32,000 nucleotides of DNA from Candidatus Kuenenia stuttgartensis (GCF_900232105.1 NZ_LT934425.1:2250001-2282000); one strand, 5' to 3'; numbered from the stretch's first letter, positions 9,544 to 17,410 are shown. The notes: generated by a model from the letters alone, not told the origin. Program-made: numbers and translations.

Positions 9544-9560
9544 AGACAGACTTGTCTGCC
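9544..9560. promoter_or_regulatory. second copy (inverted) of the TetR-associated palindromic operator
   Basis: AGACAGACTTGTCTG (9544-9558) is the exact reverse complement of CAGACAAGTCTGTCT (8905-8919). It lies 19 nt after the tetR stop and about 165 nt upstream of the DinB-like gene. Confidence 0.55.
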
Positions 9561-9595
9561 TTTAGTAATTCAATGTTTAGGAGGTTTAATCTTTT

Positions 9596-9633
9596 GCGAC
9601 ACTATAGTTTTTTGAAAAGGACTAAAATGTTAC
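9596..9633. mobile_element. minimal/degenerate MITE copy (two ends abutting, no cargo)
   Basis: A left-TIR-like GCGACACTATAGTTTTTTGAAAA is followed directly by GACTAAAATGTTAC (9620-9633). That 14-mer is identical to the right end at 26242-26255. It is followed by AAAGCTTTT, similar to the flank at 26256. Confidence 0.5.
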
Positions 9634-9721
9634 AAAGCTTTTTATTATACCGTTAGGGGTTTCTATTTTGAAACTCACCCAATTTATACAATTATATTGA
9701 ATTAATGAAAGGAGATTGCAG

Positions 9722-10336
9722 ATGGCATATAAATTCCTTGTAGATACTTATGAAACTGAACGTATTAAAACGCTCACCACCTGGAGTACGTTTAAAGATG
9801 ACGACTTAAAAAGACGCCCTCACCCGCAGGACAAAAGGGGAAGAAATGCACATGAGCATATGGTTCATCAATGCATGGGAGAGAATGTGTGGTTTTGCAA
9901 TATGCTTGGAATTGATGTAGGGGCTCTTCCATTACCATCAAATGAAACACGGCTGGAATTTATTAAATGCTATGCGAAAGATTCCGGGAAACGCCTGGAT
10001 GCATTGAGAGAAAAAGATAATGCATGGTGGGAGGAAGAAGTAAGCTTTTTTAATGTCAGGCGTTCACGCGCCTGGATTGTCACAAGGAGAATTGCCCATA
10101 CCGCTCACCATCGTGGGCAGATGACAATGCTGCTCAGAATTATAGGCAGGGAAATTTACAGTACGTATGGCCCAACTGCAGATACAGGAGGTTTAATGCA
10201 AAACAAGGCGGAAACAATATATCCATATCCAAGTATCGAAGCCTTGATTGAAGGAGAAACGGCTGGAGGCAATAATAAAGCTCCATTACCAGGGCCAGGT
10301 GACAAACCATGTACTGAACGGCCCGAAACAAAATAA
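9722..10336 (+). CDS. DinB-superfamily (DinB_2-like) metal-dependent protein
   Basis: His-triad pattern HEHMVHQ ... IAHTAHHRGQMTMLLR. Start placed at ATG 9722, which has the SD AAAGGAGA (9708-9715) 6 nt upstream; the ORF track's 9716 is a TTG two codons earlier. Confidence 0.7.
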   Translation: MAYKFLVDTYETERIKTLTTWSTFKDDDLKRRPHPQDKRGRNAHEHMVHQCMGENVWFCNMLGIDVGALPLPSNETRLEFIKCYAKDSGKRLDALREKDNAWWEEEVSFFNVRRSRAWIVTRRIAHTAHHRGQMTMLLRIIGREIYSTYGPTADTGGLMQNKAETIYPYPSIEALIEGETAGGNNKAPLPGPGDKPCTERPETK

Positions 10337-10879
10337 TTAAGGAACATGGCGTGGCAGGGTGGAAGCAGAATGGTTTAACCACATTGCGCTACATGATTTT
10401 TGGACTTTTGCAGACATTCCATACTTGCGGTTTGACAAATTAAAATCTCTAAAATTAAGTATGGTGTCCCCTGAATTATGCCAGTGAATTTCTTTCATAG
10501 TCTTTAAACACTGCGTAGACTACAAGGGGAAACATTGCAAATTGTTTTTTAGTAAAACACGATACAAAATGTTAAGGATTCTGAAGATTGAGCGGATTTC
10601 CACTATGCACAAACCGCTCATCTTTAATATGCTGCTGTAGAAAGAAAATGGGAAAATACACAGGGAAGAGTTTATTATGAAGCTAGGGAGAAAAGCAGGT
10701 AGAATATTAAGCGTCTTTGGAGTTTAGCGAGGCCATGTCATTTTGAAAGATTTGACCTCCGGTGTCCTTGCTAAAAATAGTGCCGAGGTTGACCTTGCAG
10801 AGTAAATTGATATGAAGCAGCCTTTGGCAAGTTCAGAGAATTATTGAGGGAATACAAATCGTTATAAAACATATTGCAA

Positions 10880-11719
10880 TTATTTTTTAAGGAATACGAG
10901 CCGTATTCTATCAACTATTTTCTTCCATTTTTCGTCTGTGAAGAAACGTCTTTTTTCTTTAATTTTTTGCATATTTTCTGTTGTAATTTTCACAGTAGCA
11001 TCAGAGGCGCCGGAAATGGGTGATTTGTTTTTTTTCCTTTCTGCAGGTTTTCCAATGGATTCTTTTCTGTTCTTGTCATCTACGTAAGCTATTATGCGAA
11101 ATTGCCCTGCTTTCAGCATGTCGGTGGTGCATCCAAATGCAAAATTTGATGGTGAAAAAGAAGACGAATTAACTGTTTTTTTCAGTTTTCTTAATCCTTC
11201 TTCAACAAAAGGAATAATGATTGTGCCGGAGGGAGTTTGCGATTCCGGCAGAACTTCCATGCTTTCGGTTTGAGGCTGGGGCGGGACTCTATCAGGAATC
11301 AGACTTTCCAGAGTGTAGGACGCAGATGGGTTATTTACCAGATTATCTGCTTTCCGGAAATTTATATCGGTCCAGGGATTAAGCACCCCTGTGTAATTGT
11401 CTACTATCTCTGGCATTTTTTTCCATAAAATTTTCCTGTGAATACGACCTGTGCAAATGCCCTCCAGGGAATAAATGTCCCTGCCGAATTCATCTTTGAA
11501 CATACTGCTTTGAAGGGTAAAAAGCACAGTAGTTTCCGGAAAATTTATGCAAAAAAGCGGTTTAAGCGGGGCTTTTGCGTATGCGAAACGATATTTTTTA
11601 AAAAAATCAATAAAGCGTTCAAGCAGGTGTGTCTCTTTAGAAGAAAGTAAAGGAGACGTAACAATCCACCGGTAGTCAGCAGTCAAAGTCCTCGAATATA
11701 TGAATCGTTCCACATTCAC
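10880..11719 (-). CDS. hypothetical two-domain protein, partner of the upstream GTPase
   Basis: 279 aa. The GTG start overlaps the GTPase stop (GTGA at 11719-11716). An N-terminal domain of about 140 aa is joined by a P/Q/S/T-rich linker (PPQPQTESMEVLPESQTPS) to a C-terminal domain with a K/R-rich tail. No family recognised by eye. Confidence 0.7.
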   Translation of the reverse strand: MNVERFIYSRTLTADYRWIVTSPLLSSKETHLLERFIDFFKKYRFAYAKAPLKPLFCINFPETTVLFTLQSSMFKDEFGRDIYSLEGICTGRIHRKILWKKMPEIVDNYTGVLNPWTDINFRKADNLVNNPSASYTLESLIPDRVPPQPQTESMEVLPESQTPSGTIIIPFVEEGLRKLKKTVNSSSFSPSNFAFGCTTDMLKAGQFRIIAYVDDKNRKESIGKPAERKKNKSPISGASDATVKITTENMQKIKEKRRFFTDEKWKKIVDRIRLVFLKK

Positions 11720-12798
11720 GCAAAAAGCCTTACCCTTTTCCTGGTATAATCCATAAGTGTATCTATATGGCTTTCAAACTTAAGCAAGGATTCTTCGTCT
11801 CTCTTTTTCTTTTCCGAGGACTTGCGGGCGATTTCAGCAGCGCTTGGCCTGCCGCGTAAAAATGACCAGATTGAGTTTAATGTCCCGGCATCCTGAAGCA
11901 CCTGCTCTATGGTTTTTTGATAATCAGATATAGATTCCTTTGCCGCATTTTTCATTTGCAACAAGGAAAAGCCAAGACAAAAATAAAGAACATATTCCGT
12001 GTTAAACGGTTGGGGCAGTCCTATAATTTTGTCTTCCGCTAAAAAAGGGATATCCATAGGGCTATCCGAATCGGTTTTCGGGGTAATTTTTCTTTCTACA
12101 TTTTCTTCACCAATAACAGAAACCGGCAGGATACCGCCATTCCAGTTGCTGTTATTCCGGCAAAGTTTCACCACCGGGTCAAATACTTCCATTCCCTTAT
12201 CAAGGAGTTGTTTATAATCTTCTTCCTTCCAGCAGGAATCAACAGAATCGGCCTTGGTAAGAACAATTAAGATGTTCAATTTTCTGTTGGGGTATATTCT
12301 GTCAAACCTGTTCATTATCAGATTAATAATCTTAGCACCGGAAAAATGTCTGATTTCATCAATTCTGGTAAAATGAGTAAGATGATAAGCATCTGCAACA
12401 ATCACCACCACATTGCTTTCGATTAAGTGAAAAAACAGCGCTTCCAGTTCTTTTTCATCTCTATGTGCAGGTTTAAAAATATGTGATAAAAGCCCTCCTC
12501 TGAAGTCCACCCATTCTATATTTGTAATTTTATGGTTTGTTAGGTATTCGATTGCAAATGGATATACGGTGGTTTTATTCGTTCCGAGAGGCCAGTAACC
12601 TGCATGCTCTACGGTATTTTCCATAAAATCAACCAGTACATCAACTTCTTCATTAAAAGACGCCAATTCATCATCATTTTTTAGCCTTGGGATCAAAGCA
12701 TAATCATGGTCTGCGTTTCCCGGCGCCAGGGTGGAGGCCATTCCGTGCATGAGAGTGGTTTTACCGGACCCTGAGTATCCTAACATGGTAATTTTCAT
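11716..12798 (-). CDS. P-loop GTPase (TRAFAC class) with helical C-terminal extension, family unassigned
   Basis: 360 aa. G1 GYSGSGKT (res 7-14), G3 DFRG (res 98-101), G4 TKAD (res 181-184), and a candidate switch-I GTNKTT (res 72-77). The last roughly 170 aa have no recognised domain. SD-like GGAAAG lies upstream of the ATG. Confidence 0.75.
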   Translation of the reverse strand: MKITMLGYSGSGKTTLMHGMASTLAPGNADHDYALIPRLKNDDELASFNEEVDVLVDFMENTVEHAGYWPLGTNKTTVYPFAIEYLTNHKITNIEWVDFRGGLLSHIFKPAHRDEKELEALFFHLIESNVVVIVADAYHLTHFTRIDEIRHFSGAKIINLIMNRFDRIYPNRKLNILIVLTKADSVDSCWKEEDYKQLLDKGMEVFDPVVKLCRNNSNWNGGILPVSVIGEENVERKITPKTDSDSPMDIPFLAEDKIIGLPQPFNTEYVLYFCLGFSLLQMKNAAKESISDYQKTIEQVLQDAGTLNSIWSFLRGRPSAAEIARKSSEKKKRDEESLLKFESHIDTLMDYTRKRVRLFA

Positions 12799-13159
12799 TG
12801 CATCTTTCCTAAATAAAACAAGCCTGAAATATAAATCAACATAATACCATAATGTTAGTCAATATATTTTGGTATTTCAATTAATTTCCACAATCGAGGA
12901 ACAATCATACCTCCGAAGATATACTCAACAGGCTCATAATGTGTGAATTCAACGCTGACAGTGTGAAGACGCATTACTGAAAAAAAATATTGAGAACAAA
13001 TTCTAATATTGAATATCGAAATACGAAACAAATCCTAAATTCAAATGCTTTGAATGTTCAAAACATTTGTCATTGCGGGGAGTGGAGCGACTAAGCTTCG
13101 GGCTGGATGAGGATTGAAACCCCCAAGTTTTTCTATAATCATAATTATCCCTTCGGGGT

Positions 13160-13201
13160 TCTCCTTTTTTCCCGGAATTTTTCAAAAAACTAAAGCGTTA
13201 C
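13160..13201 (-). mobile_element. MITE end (TIR plus adjacent about 20 nt), remainder decayed
   Basis: TTTTTCAAAAAACTAAAGCGTTAC (13178-13201) is identical to the right TIR at 28172-28195. The interior CCCGGAATTTTTC mirrors GAAAAATTCCCGGG at 25999-26012. No matching second TIR was found to the left. Confidence 0.55.
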
Positions 13202-13370
13202 AATACAAATGATTTCTTACAATCCTCAAGGATATGCGATTCAAACAAACTAAATCGTGATTTATTGAGCTATATTTTATAAAATATGAGTTAATATAAT
13301 GATTAAATGTGTAATATGATCGAACAAATAAGGTTTATGAAATCAGAAATATACCAAAAGGAGGTGAATT

Positions 13371-14504
13371 ATGTCGCTTTTTTTAAAACGCATGTCTTTT
13401 GTTACAGGCTTTATGCTTTTGTATTTTATTTCCTTAAATGCATATCTTTTCGCGCAGCAAGATGATAAACAGGTGCACAAAGCGGCAATTTTTGTGGAAA
13501 ACAGGGCAGGACGCCAGTTTGATAATAAGATTGCAGTATTTGAGGATTTTATTACCAGCCGTGTTGCTGAAAAGGGGTTTAACGTCATTAGCCGTGAAGT
13601 GGTAACAGACAGTTTGAAAACCTACTCCCCAGGTGCGGCAAAAGAAAACAGACTGGATACACTTCTCAGTAACAATACATCCGCACTAAGGCTGGCACAA
13701 ATGATGAATGCCGACTATCTTATTGCCGCATCGATAAGTTCCTTTGGAACAGAAAAGAAAAAGTTTAAAGGATATGGCGTCGAAACAGTTAATTTAGTCA
13801 CCAATCTGCGTGCCAGCTACAAAATACTGGAAGGTTTACAAGGTAGCACCCTGGTTGCGGATACAATTATGGCAAGCAAATCTGAGCGGTTTACCGAAAG
13901 GAGTACGGTTGAAGATGATGACATGATGAATATGCTGCTGGATGAGTCGGCATACAGGATTGCAGAAAGTTTGGGGAGCAAGCATATTGCCCCGCCTCCG
14001 CCAAAGCCTGATTTTGTGGAAATCACCATTGCCTGCGGCATGCAAGACCTTGTGCAACTTCCGGTAAGTGTGCCTGACGTCCTGGTAAAGGAAGACAAGA
14101 CTATGGTTGTAGTGCAAAACAGCAACCTTGAAGTGCAGGTATTGGATGTAACCGTAGAACTCAACGGCGTTGTTATTGGCGCTGCACCTGGCGTTTTTAA
14201 AGCGCCACCCGGGTTAAACAAGATCCGGCTTACCCGTGAGGGATTCAGGGACTGGGAAAGAACAATTAATGTTTATAACGTACAAAGGTTGAAGGTGGCA
14301 TTGCAGATGAATGAAGCTGGCTATGCAAGGTGGAAGGATAATACCGCTTTTCTTCAGCATTTGAAAAACGGCGAAAAATTAACGGATGCCAATGTTGAAT
14401 TAATAAAGGGAGGTGCGCAGATGTTACGGCAAAGCGGATTCAAGATTGACGTAAAGGCAGATGTAGCCAAGGAAATAAACTCCATCTTCGAATTGTTCTG
14501 GTAG
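13371..14504 (+). CDS. exported protein with C-terminal PEGA domain
   Basis: 377 aa. Strong SD AGGAGG (13359-13364). Signal peptide MSLFLKRMSFVTGFMLLYFISLNAYLFA-QQ. PEGA-like motif GVFKAPPGLNKIRLTREGFRDWERTINV. The N-terminal half resembles CsgG/LpoB-type lipoprotein folds (IFVENRAG...DYLIAASISSFG). Confidence 0.75.
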   Translation: MSLFLKRMSFVTGFMLLYFISLNAYLFAQQDDKQVHKAAIFVENRAGRQFDNKIAVFEDFITSRVAEKGFNVISREVVTDSLKTYSPGAAKENRLDTLLSNNTSALRLAQMMNADYLIAASISSFGTEKKKFKGYGVETVNLVTNLRASYKILEGLQGSTLVADTIMASKSERFTERSTVEDDDMMNMLLDESAYRIAESLGSKHIAPPPPKPDFVEITIACGMQDLVQLPVSVPDVLVKEDKTMVVVQNSNLEVQVLDVTVELNGVVIGAAPGVFKAPPGLNKIRLTREGFRDWERTINVYNVQRLKVALQMNEAGYARWKDNTAFLQHLKNGEKLTDANVELIKGGAQMLRQSGFKIDVKADVAKEINSIFELFW

Positions 14505-14531
14505 CACGGAAAACCAGGAAGAAACACTTTT

Positions 14532-14657
14532 GTAACACTTTGGTATTTTGAAAAATCTCAATAATAGCGGTGTTTGCCGCATAGTGTAGGGGCGAAGCGT
14601 TTACCGTAAATTGCAATAAATGCGTTCATACCCGAACGGGCAAATGCTTCGCCCTAC
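14532..14657 (+). mobile_element. MITE-like element, left TIR plus internal palindrome, right TIR missing
   Basis: GTAACACTTTGGTATTTTGAAAAA (14532-14555), then GTAGGGGCGAAGCGTTTACC (14587-14606) paired with GGGCAAATGCTTCGCCCTAC (14638-14657). Collinear with 28045-28169. Ends 22 nt before the CsgG-like ATG. Confidence 0.7.
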
Positions 14658-14679
14658 TTTACAAGAAAGGCAGGTGTGT

Positions 14680-15582
14680 ATGAAAAAACCGACCATGATG
14701 AAAATACTTTTTTTAGGATGTGCGCTGGCGTTTTTGATGCAAACAAGGGCGTTTGCAGAAAGAGAAACAATGGGTATTGCATCCGTTAGACCGACACAAG
14801 CTATAATAGCTGGCGCTAACAGGAGTGGAAGTAGGCTTTCTTTAGACCGCGTGATGCAATCTATGAACGGGCAATTGGCAGACCGCATTAACGCAACCAG
14901 AAAATTTCAGATAGTTGCCCGTAATGATCTTGACGATATTGTTAAAGAACAGGAGTTTGCACATTCCGGAAATGTTTCCGCGGATGACAGCACCGCTGCG
15001 AAACAATTTAAGATTTCAGGGATAAAGTATTTACTCGTTGCAACAATTGATGATTTTCAGGATTATAACGAGCTTGCAACATTTAAGAAAACAGGAAGAA
15101 CCGCTACGAAACGGGTTATCAGGCTTTCATGTATCGGCAAAATATATGACACCACTACCGGCAAATTGCTGGAATCTGCCAATTTTCAGATAAGCAATAA
15201 GGACATTTCTGAAAATAAAACCTATTCGACAAGGGATGGCGATCTCAATGAAGCGCTGTTAGTGGGAATTGCACGCAAAATGGCGGATAAAATTGCTCAA
15301 AGGATGACAGATGTGATTTTCCCTCCAAAAGTACTAAGTAAAAGAGATAACCGGATTACTATTAACCGGGGAGATGAAACTGATATTGCTTCAGGTCAGA
15401 TATGGGACATCTTTGCAGTGGGGGATGAATTGATTGATCCCGATACAAACGAATCCCTCGGCAGGGAAGAAATCCTGGTTGGCAAGGTGAAAATTGTTAA
15501 TATACTCCCGAAGGTATCGACGGCTGAGATTATAGAAGATCACGGGATTGATAAAGGGGCAATAGTGAGAAAAGCGCAGTAA
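14680..15582 (+). CDS. CsgG/HfaB-family-like exported (lipo)protein
   Basis: Start moved to ATG 14680 (MKKPTMMKILFLGCALAFLMQTRAFA), because the 14620 extension reads through the MITE palindrome. FQIVARNDLDDIVKEQEFAHSG and YLLVATIDDF are CsgG-family-like. Has a C-terminal beta-rich extension. Confidence 0.65.
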   Translation: MKKPTMMKILFLGCALAFLMQTRAFAERETMGIASVRPTQAIIAGANRSGSRLSLDRVMQSMNGQLADRINATRKFQIVARNDLDDIVKEQEFAHSGNVSADDSTAAKQFKISGIKYLLVATIDDFQDYNELATFKKTGRTATKRVIRLSCIGKIYDTTTGKLLESANFQISNKDISENKTYSTRDGDLNEALLVGIARKMADKIAQRMTDVIFPPKVLSKRDNRITINRGDETDIASGQIWDIFAVGDELIDPDTNESLGREEILVGKVKIVNILPKVSTAEIIEDHGIDKGAIVRKAQ

Positions 15583-15646
15583 AATTTAGGCAGTAGGCAG
15601 TCTGCAATCGGCAAATTGCGGATTGCAGATTTCCATGCGGGTTGAT

Positions 15647-15680
15647 GTTAAGGTAGAGACGCATTGCATGCGTCTCTACA
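15647..15680. repeat. GTTAAGGTAGAGA-hairpin repeat, copy 1
   Basis: GTTAAG followed by an 11-bp perfect stem, GTAGAGACGCA (15653-15663) / TGCGTCTCTAC (15669-15679), with loop TTGCA. A near-identical element lies at 21241-21275. Confidence 0.7.
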
Positions 15681-15752
15681 AAAATATTGAAAATGCCTAA
15701 ACATTAAATTGGGTGAATTGCCTTAACATAATTTTATGACAAATTTGCTGGT

Positions 15753-17318
15753 ATGAGACACAAGAGAGAAACTATATGGCATCACATTTTATTGAGTATG
15801 ACGGTATCGATGTTGTTATGTGCCGGATGCGCCAGTTACAATATGCAAACACAGAGGATAAACCAAAAGTGGAAATCCGGCAATTTCCATGAGGCGGCAG
15901 CGTTAATATCAGAACAGGCAGAAAAAAAAGGTGAATCAAAGGACGCTGTTGTGTGGAGATTGGAGCAGGGGGCAGTCCTGCGAACTGCAGGGAAATACGA
16001 AGAAAGCAACAAGGCATTTGATCTGGCGGAAGAGCTTATTGATAAGTATGAGGATAAGGCAAAGGTAAAAGTTGCCCGCGAGACGTTAGCAACTGTCACT
16101 AACCTTGCAATGCTGCCTTATGAAGGTTTTGCGTATGACAAAATTATGATGAATACCTACAAAGCGCTTAATTATCTTCAACTGGCAGAGTATGAAAAGG
16201 CGCGTGTCGAACTTTACCGCGCACATCAACGACAGGAAGATGCTGTCTATATAAATTCAGCCCGAATTGAAAAAGCGCAGGAAGAAGGGAAAAAGCAAAA
16301 CTACAATATTAATCTTGCCCAAATTAATAGTGACAGTAAATTTAAGCAACAATATGAAAATAATTTTTCAGACCTTGAGCGGTTTAAAGCCCTTGAGCTT
16401 TATGTCAACCCTCTTACTGTTTATCTCGATGCCCTCTATTTTATGGCGCAGGCAACAAGCAGTTCAGACCTGGAGCGATCACTGAAATCATTTGAACGGG
16501 TGCGTAGCATGATTGGAGAAAATGCATATATCAATCAGGATATTGAAATGGTGAGACAAAGAATGATCGGGCAACCACTGCAGGCTACCACCTATGTTAT
16601 CTTTGAAACAGGGCAAGCGCCGGCAAGGGATAGCATTCGTATTGATTTGCCGCTTTTTTTCATAATGCCTGGCCTTCCTTACTTTGGTGCGGCGATTCCT
16701 AAACTTGTATATAATAATGATTTTATCTCCTCTCTGAACATTTCACATGACGGTCTGACAGAGCCGGCAATGTTGTTGTCAAGCATGGATGCCGTTATTG
16801 CGCAGGATTTTAAAAATGAATTATCTCTCATAGTTACTAAAACACTTATTGCTTCTGCAATAAAGGCTGGTGCAGCATATGGCGCATACACAGGCGTAAC
16901 GGGCGGCAACCAAAAAAATACAACGGCAGGGCTTGTCGTGATGTTTGCGGCATTCGTATATCAGGCGGCAATGAATCAGGCTGATATAAGGACATGGCAG
17001 ACCCTGCCTAAGGAATTTCATTTTTGCCGCTTTCCTACACCGGTTGACCGGAAAATTGAACTGGAACAACCGTATTCGGGTTTCAAATTACCGGTAACAA
17101 TAGATGATGGTATAATGAATGTGGTATGGGTTAAATCCATAAGCAGGAATAGTCCTTTTACGGTTGCCCAATTCAGGCTAAAAGATAGTCCGGAAGGGAT
17201 AAACCTGCCGGTAAGGCGCCCAGAACCGGTAGTTGCGGCTACAGATGCTAAGGCCTTTTCCGCAGAACAAGATGTTCAAAAAGAGAAAAATACAGAGACA
17301 AAACATGAAATGCCGTAA
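15753..17318 (+). CDS. TPR-like lipoprotein (COG3014-like)
   Basis: 521 aa. Lipoprotein signal ...MTVSMLLCAGC-ASYN and an N-terminal TPR-like helical region. The C-terminal part has a predicted membrane-associated Gly/Ala-rich stretch. The start (15753 versus internal ATG 15798) is uncertain. The stop TAA (17316-17318) lies inside a MITE TIR. Confidence 0.6.
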   Translation: MRHKRETIWHHILLSMTVSMLLCAGCASYNMQTQRINQKWKSGNFHEAAALISEQAEKKGESKDAVVWRLEQGAVLRTAGKYEESNKAFDLAEELIDKYEDKAKVKVARETLATVTNLAMLPYEGFAYDKIMMNTYKALNYLQLAEYEKARVELYRAHQRQEDAVYINSARIEKAQEEGKKQNYNINLAQINSDSKFKQQYENNFSDLERFKALELYVNPLTVYLDALYFMAQATSSSDLERSLKSFERVRSMIGENAYINQDIEMVRQRMIGQPLQATTYVIFETGQAPARDSIRIDLPLFFIMPGLPYFGAAIPKLVYNNDFISSLNISHDGLTEPAMLLSSMDAVIAQDFKNELSLIVTKTLIASAIKAGAAYGAYTGVTGGNQKNTTAGLVVMFAAFVYQAAMNQADIRTWQTLPKEFHFCRFPTPVDRKIELEQPYSGFKLPVTIDDGIMNVVWVKSISRNSPFTVAQFRLKDSPEGINLPVRRPEPVVAATDAKAFSAEQDVQKEKNTETKHEMP

Positions 17319-17410
17319 CACTTTGGATTTTGAAAAAGTAGGGGCGAAGTATTTGTTGTAAATAGTCATGAAGGCGTTAATACCCAAACCGGCAAATGCT
17401 TCGCCCCTAC
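17315..17410 (+). mobile_element. MITE-like element, left TIR plus palindrome (short form), right TIR missing
   Basis: GTAACACTTTGGATTTTGAAAAA (17315-17337) is joined directly to GTAGGGGCGAAGTATTTGTT (17338-17357), which pairs with CCGGCAAATGCTTCGCCCCTAC (17389-17410). Confidence 0.7.

Noticed and set aside
9594-9656. 20-aa ORF (TTG start, MRHYSFLKRTKMLQSFLLYR) preceded by a strong TAGGAGG box
   Set aside because: The ORF is a translation of the mini-MITE itself. The SD-like box could be fortuitous, and there is no supporting evidence.
10432-10461. TTGACA plus TAAGTA promoter-like pair in the ORF-free region
   Set aside because: The -10 is poor (2-3 of 6 matches) and no downstream gene exists. 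It is mentioned only within the ORF-free-region finding.
12855-12974. 39-aa minus-strand ORF (MRLHTVSVEFTHYEPVEYIFGGMIVPRLWKLIEIPKYID) just upstream of the GTPase gene
   Set aside because: A possible leader peptide or small third component. However, no Shine-Dalgarno precedes the ATG (a T-run instead), and it overlaps the inverted repeat at 12844-12875. Kept only as a note.
13085-13130. GGATTGAAAC / (reverse) GTTTCAATCC, resembling a CRISPR repeat terminus or a tRNA T-arm
   Set aside because: It is a single copy with no spacer-repeat periodicity. A 5-bp T-stem cannot form around the loop, and no acceptor stem is present. It is neither a CRISPR array nor a tRNA remnant by eye.
13003-13185. 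60-aa minus-strand ORF in the GTPase/PEGA spacer
   Set aside because: It lies entirely within the repeat and hairpin sequence, including the MITE end. The composition is low-complexity and basic, and there is no SD.
14620-14679. N-terminal extension of the CsgG-like gene (MRSYPNGQMLRPTLQERQVC)
   Set aside because: It is a translation of the MITE palindrome arm (GGGCAAATGCTTCGCCC). A proper signal peptide begins at ATG 14680, which has an AAAGG SD upstream.
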